Origin: Schaalia meyeri
GTDB taxonomy: Bacteria > Actinomycetota > Actinomycetes > Actinomycetales > Actinomycetaceae
Reading direction: 5' to 3'
Length of the DNA: 32,000 nt
Assembly (NCBI RefSeq): GCF_900105015.1
Contig: NZ_FNLK01000014.1
Location: forward strand, 60,001 to 92,000
Positions 1-8,901 of this stretch are shown one piece after another (the first letter of the stretch is position 1; every line of letters starts with the position of its first letter). The notes below the pieces were generated by a model. It saw only the letters and a list, made by a program, of their open reading frames with translations. It did not search any database and was not told the origin of the DNA. The position numbers were made by a program, and so were the translations under genes.

Positions 1-1
1 G

Positions 2-334
2 CTGAGCCCCTACAAGGACCGCACGACGATCGTGACGGGCGAGAGGGGCGCCCTCGTGGCGGACACGGCGATGGGGGACCTGACCTTCTATGAGAACGGA
101 CACGCGCCCCTGCAGTGGGATGCGATCGCCGCCTTCCGGGGCGTCAGCGAGGGGCAGGTCGTGCGCTACGCCCTGACCAAACGCGAGCCCCTCGCGCTTG
201 AGCACGAGCGTTTCCGCGACGCGATCCGCGATGGCGGCGCTGAGCACGTGACCATGGACGAGGCCGTGGATAACCTGCGCGTTGTCGAGGCGATCCTGGC
301 CTCCGCCAGCTGCGGGCGGGCCATCGATCTGTGA
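2..334 (+). CDS. Gfo/Idh/MocA-family sugar oxidoreductase, C-terminal part (5' end lies outside the window)
   Basis: Frame 2 is open from the window edge to TGA 332-334. The peptide ...REPLALEHERFRDAIRDGGAEHVTMDEAVDNLRVVEAILASA resembles the C-terminal region of WbpB/UDP-sugar 3-dehydrogenase-type Gfo/Idh/MocA enzymes (from memory, no search). It sits in a polysaccharide locus. Confidence 0.6.
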   Translation: MSPYKDRTTIVTGERGALVADTAMGDLTFYENGHAPLQWDAIAAFRGVSEGQVVRYALTKREPLALEHERFRDAIRDGGAEHVTMDEAVDNLRVVEAILASASCGRAIDL

Positions 335-347
335 GGAAGTGGCGCGG

Positions 348-1460
348 CTAGGGCGTCACCTCATCGTAGACGGCGCGCAGCTGGTCGATGGAGGCGCGCA
401 GCGAGCGGTGTTCCTGGACCCACTCCCGGCACGCCCGCCCGTGGTCCGCGCGCTCTGAGTCGGACCACGCCAACGCCCGCTCCAGCGCGCGCGCGAGCGC
501 ATCCGGCGTGCGCGCCTGCGTGAGCGTCGATGCGCCCGGCGCGACCATTTCCGGCGTCCCGCCCGTGGCATAGGCGATCACGGGAACCCCGCACGCCTGA
601 GCTTCGAGCAGCACCAAACCGGCCGCTTCCTCCCGGCCCTGCGTCGGTTTTGTCGGCAGCGCGAGCACGCGGGAAAGCCGCATCCAGCCGCGCACGCCGT
701 TTCGGTCGAGCGGCCCGGTGAGTGTCACGTGCTCAGGGGCGGTTGCGCGCAGGCCCGAGGCGAGCGGCCCGTCACCCACGAGAACCAGCGCGTGGGGGTG
801 GGTAGCGTGCAGCCTGGTTGATGCCTCCACCAGGTCGGTGACCCCCTTGAGGGTGCTGAGCGCCCCAACGAAAAGAACCACGGGCACCTCCCCGGTGGGG
901 GAATGCTGGGGGCCTTGAGGCATCGGCGTCCACCAGGAGGTGTCCACCCCCTGATAGTGCACGCTCAGGCGCTCCCCGCTCGCCCCCGCGCCCAGCGCGA
1001 CGTCCGCCAGGTACCGCGAGACCGCGAGGAGACGGTTCGCGCCGCGGAAGGCGGCGGCGCGGTTGTATGCGTTCCACGCGGCGCCCGGGGGCCGCCCGAG
1101 CCGGCGGTAGGCGTCTCCTCCGTGCAGCGTGACCACCAGGGGCGCGCCCGTGTCGCGTGCCGCGCCCAGAGCGGGCAGGGACCACGTGGCCTGGTGCTGG
1201 TGAATGACGTCGGGCTTCCACGCCCCGACCGCCCGGCGCATCGCGCCCATGCCCCGCGCCTGTGAGACGACGCGCGACGGGAGGGCGCCGCGCAGCGCCC
1301 CCGGTGCCGACTCGTGGACGGGGACCGCAACGGTCGGGTCCTGGACGCGGGCCGCCAGCGTGAAGGCCTGCCACGTGAGCTCCGGCATCGCACCCGCGTG
1401 CGTGAGAGCGAAGTAGGTCGGGGGAACCAGCAGAGTTCCCTTTGTCAGGGCGACCCTCAC
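348..1460 (-). CDS. GT-B fold glycosyltransferase (family 4 / 'glycosyl transferases group 1')
   Basis: 370-aa ORF with a GTG start at 1460. The C-terminal segment GREEAAGLVLLEAQACGVPVIAYATGGTPEMV is the typical GT4 donor-binding region. Overlapping ORFs in other frames are Arg/Pro-rich GC artefacts. Confidence 0.8.
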   Translation of the reverse strand: MRVALTKGTLLVPPTYFALTHAGAMPELTWQAFTLAARVQDPTVAVPVHESAPGALRGALPSRVVSQARGMGAMRRAVGAWKPDVIHQHQATWSLPALGAARDTGAPLVVTLHGGDAYRRLGRPPGAAWNAYNRAAAFRGANRLLAVSRYLADVALGAGASGERLSVHYQGVDTSWWTPMPQGPQHSPTGEVPVVLFVGALSTLKGVTDLVEASTRLHATHPHALVLVGDGPLASGLRATAPEHVTLTGPLDRNGVRGWMRLSRVLALPTKPTQGREEAAGLVLLEAQACGVPVIAYATGGTPEMVAPGASTLTQARTPDALARALERALAWSDSERADHGRACREWVQEHRSLRASIDQLRAVYDEVTP

Positions 1461-1559
1461 GGGAGCCGCCCGAGGCTCAGGCGCAACAGCGTGAACGGGT
1501 GAGCGGGCATGAACCCATCCTAGGGGCTTAGCCGGGCGGGCAGGTGATTAAATGAGGGC

Positions 1560-2864
1560 ATGACGAACGCTCCTTGTGCCCCCGACGCGCGCCCCGGCGT
1601 CCTGCGACAGGTGCTCACGCTTCTTGGCGGGACTCTCCTCGCGCAGCTCATCGCGTTCGTCGCGCAGGTCGGCGTCGCCCGCCTCTACACTGACGCCGAC
1701 CTGGGTTACCTGGGTATCTTCACCTCGGCGGCAACCCTGGGGGCAGCTGTGGCCGGGGCACGCTTCGATCTGAGCGTCGTCCTGCCCGCACCGGGAGACG
1801 AGGCTACCGCCCGTTCCCTGACCCGATTGGCCTCCCGGTGTCTTCTGGTGGCCTCCGGGCTTGCCACGCTCGTGGCCGCGCTCGCCCGACCGTGGGTGGA
1901 GGCGCGCTACGGGGCGGCGCTCGCGGGATGGATGCTGGCCGTGGGGGCCTCCATCCTGTTCCTGGCGCAGGGGCAGGTGTGCTCCTACTGGCTGACCCGC
2001 CACCGGCGTTTTCGCGTGATCGCCAGCTCCTCCGTGGTGCGTTCCGTCGCGATTGCGGCACTGCAGCTGCTGTGCGGGTTCCTGGCCTCCGGGGGGCTGG
2101 GCGCCGCCATCGGCGCGACTGTGGCGGGGCAGTGCATCGCCGTGGCCTACCTGTCGTGGCGCGCCCGGGACGCGCGCCGCCACCCGGGCGATCCGACGCT
2201 CGCTCGGGTGGCCGCGCGCTACCGGAAGATGGCCCTCGTGGGAGTCCCGAACGTCGTCGTCGACGCCGTGCGTACCAGCGTCATCCCGCTGCTGATCGCC
2301 GGTTACTCGGTGGCGTCCCTGGGGCAATTTAACCTGGCGTGGATCGCCCTGCAGGCTCCCGTCGCCCTGATCGCCGGGGCGCTGTCCCAGGTGTACTTGC
2401 CGCGCCTGTCCGACACGAGCGCCGGCCAGATGACTCCGCTCGTGCGCAGGGTCGGCGGGGTCGCCCTGGCCTGTTCGATCCCCGTGTTCGCGCTGCTCGC
2501 GTGGGCGAGTCCCGCGCTGTTCCCACTCGTCTTTGGGCCACGGTGGGAGGCGGCAGGCTACTTCGCGCGCGCCCTGGCGCCGTGGCTCGCGCTGACCGTC
2601 GCGACCTCCCCGCTGTCCAACGTTTTCGTGGCCACCTACCACCAGCGCCGCATGTTGGCCTTCGCGTGCGTGTACTGCGCCGCGCCCCTCACGTGGCTCG
2701 CCGTGAGCCCATACGGCATCGAGGCCACGGTCGCCGTCATGGGCATCGGCATGGCCGTGCTGCTGGCGGGGATGGTCGTCATGGCTTACCTGACTGCCCG
2801 GGAATACGACCGTGGGGCGGCGGGTGACGATGCGGGGCAACGATCTTGCGCACAGCGAGGGTAA
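1560..2864 (+). CDS. Polysaccharide/oligosaccharide flippase (Wzx-like, MOP superfamily membrane protein)
   Basis: 434-aa ORF with many hydrophobic helices separated by short Arg-rich loops. It is transcribed divergently from the upstream GT and embedded among GT and sugar-nucleotide genes. Confidence 0.7.
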   Translation: MTNAPCAPDARPGVLRQVLTLLGGTLLAQLIAFVAQVGVARLYTDADLGYLGIFTSAATLGAAVAGARFDLSVVLPAPGDEATARSLTRLASRCLLVASGLATLVAALARPWVEARYGAALAGWMLAVGASILFLAQGQVCSYWLTRHRRFRVIASSSVVRSVAIAALQLLCGFLASGGLGAAIGATVAGQCIAVAYLSWRARDARRHPGDPTLARVAARYRKMALVGVPNVVVDAVRTSVIPLLIAGYSVASLGQFNLAWIALQAPVALIAGALSQVYLPRLSDTSAGQMTPLVRRVGGVALACSIPVFALLAWASPALFPLVFGPRWEAAGYFARALAPWLALTVATSPLSNVFVATYHQRRMLAFACVYCAAPLTWLAVSPYGIEATVAVMGIGMAVLLAGMVVMAYLTAREYDRGAAGDDAGQRSCAQRG

Positions 2865-2885
2865 AACCCGCGTGAAACGGTCCGT

Positions 2886-4040
2886 TTAGCGGCGCTCGCC
2901 CCCTCCCCGCTTGGCCGCGAGAGCCCCTTCGTAGGCCTCGCGCAGGCGGGTGGCGCCCTCTTCCCACGCGGGGATGCGCGGTGCAGCGAAGGCCTCGATA
3001 TCCGCACGAGTGATGCGCTCCAGCGCCGTGGCCAGGTCGCGCGCCGGGTCCTTGAGCACCCAGCGCGCCGCCTGGTCCCCCAGGTAACGGCGCGCCTCGG
3101 CCAGGGGAGAACACAGGACCGGGATGCCCGCCGCGAAGGCCTCCATCATCTTGTTGGGCGTGGACATGCGGTGCGAGAGGCACCCCGATTCGATGAGACA
3201 CAGCGCCACGTCGGCGCCGCGCGTCAGAGCCAGGACCCGATCCGGCTCCACGGGCGGCATGTAGTGGATATTCGGGTGTGCCGCTGCCGACCTCTTTACC
3301 TCGTCGGCGAAGGCCCCCGAGCCGACGAATACGACGTGCGCCCCCGCAGCGTGTTCGAAGGCGCGCAGGATCGCGTCGATGTTGCGCCCGGGCGCGAGAT
3401 AACCGGAATGCAGGTACAGCAGCGACCCTTGCGGGATACCCAGCTGGGTGCGCAGGTCAATAACCCCATCCACGCCCGTCGGCGCATTTGTGACGACGAC
3501 GGGATCCACGCCCGGATAGGCGTCGTGGTACCACCGGGCGATCGATTCGTTGACCACGGACACCACGTCCGCGCGCGCGATGTAACGACGCTCAATCACC
3601 CGTTGCAGGCGCTGGCGAAGCCCCGTTGACCCCACCGTCTCGGTCTCCAACTCGTGCGCGTTGTACACCAGCACCGCGCCGGTGCGCCGCGCCAGCGCGT
3701 GGGCCAGGGGAAGGAGGAAGAGGTTCTGCGCCGAAACGGCGGCCACGTCCTCGCGCGCGAACCGCCGATACACGCGCGCCCCCCACGCGCCCACGACCCG
3801 CACGCCGCCCAGGGGCGCCCCCACCGACGCACCCCGAATCCGCTCCAGGGACACGGAAGGGGTCACGGCCTGGTTCGTGGGGAGCGCGCCGCGGTCAATG
3901 CCGACGATGCGCGTGTGGGAAAAAAGGGGGGACAAAGAGTGCGCGATCTTCACGAGCCGCCCGGGGGATGCCAGGTCCGACGGATACAGCAGGAGGTTGA
4001 GAGCGCGTTCCACACCCCCATTGTAGGTGGCGTGGGGCAC
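2886..4040 (-). CDS. GT-B fold glycosyltransferase (GT4-like)
   Basis: The C-terminal 384 aa of ORF 2886..4505 are protein-like (YNAHELETE..., HSGYLAPGRNIDAIL, STPNKMMEAFAAGIPVLCSP). The first ~155 aa of the tracked ORF are low-complexity and antisense to the dehydrogenase gene. Start proposed at GTG 4040, with GTG 4013 as an alternative. Confidence 0.7.
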   Translation of the reverse strand: MPHATYNGGVERALNLLLYPSDLASPGRLVKIAHSLSPLFSHTRIVGIDRGALPTNQAVTPSVSLERIRGASVGAPLGGVRVVGAWGARVYRRFAREDVAAVSAQNLFLLPLAHALARRTGAVLVYNAHELETETVGSTGLRQRLQRVIERRYIARADVVSVVNESIARWYHDAYPGVDPVVVTNAPTGVDGVIDLRTQLGIPQGSLLYLHSGYLAPGRNIDAILRAFEHAAGAHVVFVGSGAFADEVKRSAAAHPNIHYMPPVEPDRVLALTRGADVALCLIESGCLSHRMSTPNKMMEAFAAGIPVLCSPLAEARRYLGDQAARWVLKDPARDLATALERITRADIEAFAAPRIPAWEEGATRLREAYEGALAAKRGGGERR

Positions 4041-4088
4041 TACACTGGGAGAGGAAGAACGAGGCCGGAGACGGAAAAGGGGAGGCGC

Positions 4089-5393
4089 ATGCGCATCGCG
4101 GTCGTCGGGTTGGGCAAGATCGGTTTGCCGCTGGCGGTGCACTACGCGCGCGGGGGGCACGCGGTCGTCGGCGTGGATGTCAACCCGCGGACGGTGGCCC
4201 TGGTCAACCGCGGGGAGCCGCCCTTTCCGGGCGAGGCCCACCTGGCCGACTACCTGCCTGCCCTCACAGCATCCGCCTCCCTGCGCGCCACGACGGACTA
4301 CGCCGATGCGATCCCGGGAGCCGACGCCGTCATCGTGGTCGTCCCCCTCGTCGTGGATTCCCAGAGCCGTCCCGATTTCGCCAGCATGGACGCGGCCACC
4401 CGCTCCATCGCCGCCCACCTGACACCCGGCACGCTCGTCTCCTACGAGACGACCCTGCCCGTTGGGACCACGCGCGGGCGCTACAAGCCGCTCATCGAGC
4501 GGCATTCCGGCCTGGTGGAGGGGCGCGACTTCGACGTGGTGTTCTCCCCCGAGCGGGTCCTCACGGGCCGCGTGTTCGCCGACCTGGCCCGCTATCCGAA
4601 GCTGGTGGGCGGCCTGAGCGAGGCGGGCGAGGAACGGGGCGTTCGCTTCTACCGGTCAGTCCTTTCCTTTCATGAACGCGACGACCTGCCGCGGCCCAAC
4701 GGCGTGTGGCCCATGGGAGGGGCCGAAGCCGCCGAAATGGCCAAGCTCGCCGAAACCACCTATCGAGACGTCAACATCGGTTTGGCGAACCAGTTTGCCC
4801 GGTACGCGGATCGAATCGGCATCGACGTCGCGCGCGTCATCGAGGCCTGCAACTCCCAGCCCTACTCCCACATCCACCGGCCAGGCATCGCGGTCGGCGG
4901 CCACTGCATCCCCGTCTATCCGCGCCTGTACCTGGCCGGAGACCCCGACGCGACCATCGTGTCCACCGCCAGGGCAGCGAACGCGGCCATGCCCGCTTAC
5001 GCGGTCCACCGGGCGGCCTCGATGCTGGGATCCCTGGAGGGCCTGCGCGTCGCCGTTCTGGGGGCCGCCTACCGTGGTGGTGTCAAGGAAACGGCCTTCT
5101 CCGGTGTCGTCGGGGTCGTTGACGCCCTGCGAGCGGCGGGCGCCCGACCGCTGGTTCACGATCCCCTCTACGCGGACGCGGAACTCGTCGCCTTCGGGTG
5201 GGAGCCCTACCACCTGGGTGAACAGGTTGACGTCGCCATCGTCCAAGCCGACCACGCCGCCTACGCGGCCCTACGCCCCGGCGATCTGCCCGGCGTGCGC
5301 CTCCTCGTCGACGGCCGCGCCATCACGGATCCGCTCTTGTGGGTCGGGACCCCACGCATCACCATCGGCGGGGGAGGGGCGGCGCAATGCTAG
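4089..5393 (+). CDS. Nucleotide-sugar dehydrogenase (UDP-glucose/GDP-mannose dehydrogenase family)
   Basis: ATG 4089 is preceded by AAGGGGAGG. The N-terminal Rossmann motif is MRIAVVGLGKIGLPLA. The catalytic-Cys motif GGHCIPVYP is present. The upstream part of tracked ORF 3654..5393 is antisense to the GT gene. Confidence 0.85.
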   Translation: MRIAVVGLGKIGLPLAVHYARGGHAVVGVDVNPRTVALVNRGEPPFPGEAHLADYLPALTASASLRATTDYADAIPGADAVIVVVPLVVDSQSRPDFASMDAATRSIAAHLTPGTLVSYETTLPVGTTRGRYKPLIERHSGLVEGRDFDVVFSPERVLTGRVFADLARYPKLVGGLSEAGEERGVRFYRSVLSFHERDDLPRPNGVWPMGGAEAAEMAKLAETTYRDVNIGLANQFARYADRIGIDVARVIEACNSQPYSHIHRPGIAVGGHCIPVYPRLYLAGDPDATIVSTARAANAAMPAYAVHRAASMLGSLEGLRVAVLGAAYRGGVKETAFSGVVGVVDALRAAGARPLVHDPLYADAELVAFGWEPYHLGEQVDVAIVQADHAAYAALRPGDLPGVRLLVDGRAITDPLLWVGTPRITIGGGGAAQC

Positions 5394-6562
5394 TCACCCT
5401 CGCGACCCGCACTTTTACGCCCGAGCCGACGGCCGCCGCACTGCGCCTCGGGGCGCTCGCCCGAGCACTCGCCGCCGGAGGCGACCGGGTCCGGGTCCTC
5501 ACCGCGCGCCTTGCCCCCGGTGTCGCTCGCGACACCGCTCGCGGCGAGGGGGGCGCTGCCGCGAGCGGCATCCTCGGCCCGGTCGAGGTGCGGCGCGCCC
5601 CGGTCCTGCGGGACCGGACGGGTGCCGTGCGCGGATACGTGTCCTACCTGTCCTTCGACCTGCCTCTCGTGGCGCGCCTGCTTGCGGGGCCCCGGCCGGG
5701 CGTGGTCGTCTGTGAGCCGCCCCCGACGACGGGGGCGGCCGTGCGTGTGGCGTGTGCGCTGCGCCGCGTGCCCTACGTGTATTACTGCGCGGATATCGTC
5801 TCGGACGCCGCCACGCTCGCCGGCGTCCCGGGCGTCGTCGTGCGCGCGGTGGCCGGCCTCGAATCCTTTGCGCTGAAGGGAGCGGGTCGCGTCATCGCCG
5901 TGTCGGAGGGGGTCGCCCGCCGCGCCCGTGCCCTCGGGGCGACCCGCGTGGAGGTCGTGCCCAACGGCGTGGCTGTCCCGGAGGAGATCGCGGGCGGGTC
6001 TCCCGACTCTTTCCCGCGTTGCACGGGACCCGTCTTCGTGTACGCGGGCACCGTCGCCCAATGGTTGGCGCCCGAAATCTTCGTCGATGCTTTTGAACGT
6101 GCGCGTGGCCGGCTGGGGGACGCACGATTGGTGTTCGTCGGGCAGGGCAGCGGCTGGGAGGCCCTCGCCCGACGCGCTCGCGGGGTCGGCGGCGTGGAAC
6201 TCATCCCCGCGGTGAGCGCCGCCGAGGCCGACCGGTGGATGGCTCGCGCCACCGCGACTCTGGCATCGCTGCGTCCCGGTGGCTACGACTACGCCTATCC
6301 CACGAAGATTCTCGCGTCGCTGGCACAGGGGACGCCGGTGATCTATGCGGGTCCGGGGCAAGCTGCCCGTGACGTCGAAGAGGGGGGCCTGGGCGTGGCG
6401 TGTGGGTTTGACGCCGACGAGATCGCCGAGGCCATGGCCGTCTTCGCCGCGGAGGAGGTCGCGTGGGCGGGGGCACAGGGGGTGCGTGCCTGGGTGCGTG
6501 GGCGTCGCTCCATCGAGGCGTCATCGACCGCGGCGGCTGCGGTGGTGCGTTCGGCCATCTAA
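5387..6562 (+). CDS. GT-B fold glycosyltransferase (GT4, WcaI/WbuB-like)
   Basis: ATG 5387 overlaps the preceding TAG (ATGCTAG), which suggests translational coupling. The N-terminus MLVTLATRTFTPEP... and the C-terminal YPTKILASLAQGTPVIYAG are typical of the GT4 family. Confidence 0.8.
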   Translation: MLVTLATRTFTPEPTAAALRLGALARALAAGGDRVRVLTARLAPGVARDTARGEGGAAASGILGPVEVRRAPVLRDRTGAVRGYVSYLSFDLPLVARLLAGPRPGVVVCEPPPTTGAAVRVACALRRVPYVYYCADIVSDAATLAGVPGVVVRAVAGLESFALKGAGRVIAVSEGVARRARALGATRVEVVPNGVAVPEEIAGGSPDSFPRCTGPVFVYAGTVAQWLAPEIFVDAFERARGRLGDARLVFVGQGSGWEALARRARGVGGVELIPAVSAAEADRWMARATATLASLRPGGYDYAYPTKILASLAQGTPVIYAGPGQAARDVEEGGLGVACGFDADEIAEAMAVFAAEEVAWAGAQGVRAWVRGRRSIEASSTAAAAVVRSAI

Positions 6563-6671
6563 GGGTGTGCGCGGTTCGTTCCCCATCGGGCGTTGCGCAC
6601 GGGCGTGATACGCGGGCCGGGCCCTCTCGGATGCGACGATGCGATCGACCCTGGTCGCATCGGTTCGCAGA

Positions 6672-6716
6672 TGTAACTATTTTCATGTTTACAGTTACAA
6701 AATAAGCACATAAAAT
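6672..6716 (+). promoter_or_regulatory. Sigma-70-like promoter TTTACA-17 nt-TAAAAT, overlapped by the inverted repeat TGTAACT-N14-AGTTACA
   Basis: -35 TTTACA lies at 6688-6693 and -10 TAAAAT at 6711-6716, with an exact 17-nt spacer. The repeat arms are at 6672-6678 and 6693-6699. The site sits in a conspicuously A+T-rich ~80-bp patch just upstream of the autolysin start. Confidence 0.45.
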
Positions 6717-6744
6717 CACGTTTGTCCCATTAACAACTTGAAGG

Positions 6745-8802
6745 ATGACTATGCGCTCCCCGTGGAGGACACTTGTAGCCGGGCTGACCCTGGCACTCGG
6801 CGCCACTGTCGCCGCCATTGTTCCATCGGCCCACGCGGCCGGCATCACCATCGCCATCGACCCCGGACACGGAGGTTCCGACCCCGGCGCAATCGCGAAC
6901 GGCCTGAAAGAAAAGGACCTGACCCTGGCGACCTCCCTGGCTCTCAAGGAGGAACTCGAGAGCTACGACGGCGTGCGCGTCGTCCTGACCCGCACGACGG
7001 ATACCAGGCCGTCTGAAAACACGAGCGCCGACCTATCTGCGCGCGTGCAGATGGCCGCCAGGGCCAATGCCGACGCGCTCGTGTCGATTCACTTCAACTC
7101 CGGCCCGCCCGCGGCCAGGGGCGCGGAGACCTGGTATCCGAACGCCTCCTCCTACAACTACTCCGCCCACACGCAGGGGCGGGCACTATCCAGCGCCATT
7201 CAGAGGCAACTGACGGGCCTGGGTCTGGCTGACCGCGGAATCAAGACGCGCGACAACCCGTACTACGACTACCCGGACGGCTCCACGGGCGACTACTACG
7301 CGATCAGCCGCCAGGCCCGCGAGAAAGGGATCCCCGGCATCATCGTCGAGCACGCGTTCCTCACCTCCTCCTCGGACGCGGCGCTCCTGCGCGATCCCGC
7401 CTTCGTGCGTTCCCTCGGCGTCGCAGACGCGACGGGCATCGCCCAAACCTACGGCCTGAGCAAGGGCAGGTGGGAAAAGTCCGGCGACAGCTGGCGTTTC
7501 CTCAGTAACGGCGTAGCCAAGACCGGCTGGTTCTCGGTGGGTGGACGCTGGTACTGGGCTGGCTCCGACGGGCGCACGATCCGCGGCTGGGCGACATTGG
7601 GCGGGCGCAGCTACTTCTTCGACGACAGCACCGCGATGGTGACGGGCTGGATGCGAGAAGATGGCAAGTGGTACTACCTGCGCTCGGGTGGCGACATGGC
7701 GACCGGATGGGTGAATCTGGGCGGTACCTGGTACTACCTGGACTCCAACGGCGTGATGGCCACCGGATGGCTCAACGACAAGGAACACTGGTACTGGCTG
7801 GGCGCATCCGGCGGCGCGGCCACGGGCTGGACGAAGGTTAACGGCTCGTGGTACCTGTTCGAAGACGATGCCCGCATGCTCACCGGCTGGCAGCTGACCG
7901 AGGACGACAACCAGTGGTACTACATGCACCCGAATGGGATCATGGCCACCGGATGGCTTAAGGACAAGGAACACTGGTACTGGCTGGACACGGACACGGG
8001 CGCGATGAAGAAGGGGTGGGTCAAGGTCGGCGGCACCTGGTACCACATGCAGCCCTCCGGCGCGATGAGCACCGGATGGCTGCTGGATGGGGCTACCTGG
8101 TACTGGCTGGACCCGAACTCGGGCGCGATGGCGACCGGCACCGTGACCGTCGAGGGACGCGCGTCGAACTTCTCGCCCTCGGGCGCCTGGCTGGGCTACG
8201 CGGCCGCCGGGTCCGACGCGTCGGCCCGCAGCGGACCCGGGCTGAATGCCGCGGGTCAGCGCCTCATTATGAGCGCGCCCACGGCCGCGCGCTCCGAGGT
8301 GATTGACGCCATGGTGAGCGCGTGGGAGGGCGCGGGTTACCCATACCCGAGCGCCCTGTCCTCCGGCGGTGCGGCATCGATCCGGGACTTCGCGGGTATC
8401 GTCTACGATGAGGCCGTGGCCGAGGGCGTGTCCCCCGAGCTCGTGTTCGTCCAGGCCATGAAGGAAACAGGCTGGCTGCGCTTCGGCGGCGACGTGAGTA
8501 TCGACCAGTTCAACTTCTCCGGCATCGGGGCGGTCGGCGGCGGCGCGCAGGGGGCGAGCTTCCCGGACGTGCGCACGGGCATCCGCGCCCAGGTTCAGCA
8601 CCTGCGCGCCTACGCGGACCCGACCGTGACCCCGTCGTCGCTCGCAAACCCGGTGGTGGACCCGCGCTTTTCCTACGTGCGTAAGGGCGTGGCCCCCGTG
8701 GTCGAGCACCTGGGTATCCAGGAAAATCCCGCCCGCGCCGGCTGGGCCGCTGCGCGAGGGTACGGGAACGATCTGGTGTCGATGATGAAGGCGTACTTCT
8801 AG
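6745..8802 (+). CDS. Secreted trimodular peptidoglycan hydrolase: N-acetylmuramoyl-L-alanine amidase (Amidase_3), cell-wall-binding repeats, and a C-terminal glucosaminidase-like domain
   Basis: A signal peptide ends ...SAHA/AG. Amidase_3 motifs are IAIDPGHGGSDPGA, VSIHFNS and IIVEHAFL. About 10 GW...WYY(L/M)...G.M.T repeats follow. The C-terminal FVQAMKETGWLRFGG...FNFSGIGA is typical of the mannosyl-glycoprotein endo-beta-N-acetylglucosaminidase family. ATG 6751 is an alternative start. Confidence 0.9.
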   Translation: MTMRSPWRTLVAGLTLALGATVAAIVPSAHAAGITIAIDPGHGGSDPGAIANGLKEKDLTLATSLALKEELESYDGVRVVLTRTTDTRPSENTSADLSARVQMAARANADALVSIHFNSGPPAARGAETWYPNASSYNYSAHTQGRALSSAIQRQLTGLGLADRGIKTRDNPYYDYPDGSTGDYYAISRQAREKGIPGIIVEHAFLTSSSDAALLRDPAFVRSLGVADATGIAQTYGLSKGRWEKSGDSWRFLSNGVAKTGWFSVGGRWYWAGSDGRTIRGWATLGGRSYFFDDSTAMVTGWMREDGKWYYLRSGGDMATGWVNLGGTWYYLDSNGVMATGWLNDKEHWYWLGASGGAATGWTKVNGSWYLFEDDARMLTGWQLTEDDNQWYYMHPNGIMATGWLKDKEHWYWLDTDTGAMKKGWVKVGGTWYHMQPSGAMSTGWLLDGATWYWLDPNSGAMATGTVTVEGRASNFSPSGAWLGYAAAGSDASARSGPGLNAAGQRLIMSAPTAARSEVIDAMVSAWEGAGYPYPSALSSGGAASIRDFAGIVYDEAVAEGVSPELVFVQAMKETGWLRFGGDVSIDQFNFSGIGAVGGGAQGASFPDVRTGIRAQVQHLRAYADPTVTPSSLANPVVDPRFSYVRKGVAPVVEHLGIQENPARAGWAAARGYGNDLVSMMKAYF
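7525..8136 (+). repeat. About 10 tandem ~20-aa cell-wall-binding (choline-binding/glucan-binding type) repeats inside the autolysin gene
   Basis: Ten consecutive units begin with GW (GWFSVGGRWYWAGSDGRTIR ... GWLLDGATWYWLDPNSGAMAT), with one degenerate unit on each side. Two 46-nt stretches (7756-7801 and 7942-7987) differ at only 2 positions. Confidence 0.85.
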
Positions 8803-8901
8803 GAGCTCGCTATTCTTCGACGAGGCCGGGGCTGGCCGTGCGGTTGTGCGGTCGGCCTCGGCCTTCTGGGCTTTGAGTGCGAGAGGGCTATGGTCAGGAG
8901 C

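Noticed and set aside
1548-2840. 430-aa ORF on the minus strand opposite the flippase gene
   Set aside because: The translation is Arg/Gly/Pro/His-rich low complexity with no hydrophobic core or motif, which is typical antisense read-through in high-G+C DNA. The + strand product is a coherent multi-TM protein.
4041-4505. N-terminal 155-aa extension of tracked ORF 2886..4505 (-)
   Set aside because: The extension is low-complexity, has no Met-proximal SD and lies antisense to the well-supported dehydrogenase gene (Rossmann motif at 4089). The GT-like sequence only begins near 4040.
6637-6662. CGATGCGA-N10-TCGCATCG hairpin (preceded by a direct GATGCGA repeat) after the third GT gene
   Set aside because: The stem is short and lacks a U-tract, and the competing GATGCGAC pairing makes the structure ambiguous. 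I noted it but did not call it a terminator or attenuator.
7186-8709. 507-aa minus-strand ORF across the autolysin gene
   Set aside because: It is antisense to a gene with clear amidase, repeat and glucosaminidase motifs. Its own translation is low-complexity (Arg/Ala/Gly/His), so I treat it as a GC artefact.
8821-8860. CGAGGCCG...CGGCCTCG hairpin between the convergent autolysin and rmlCD genes
   Set aside because: The 8-bp stem has a ~24-nt loop, alternative pairings exist and there is no T-tract. It may act as a terminator, but I cannot support that from sequence.
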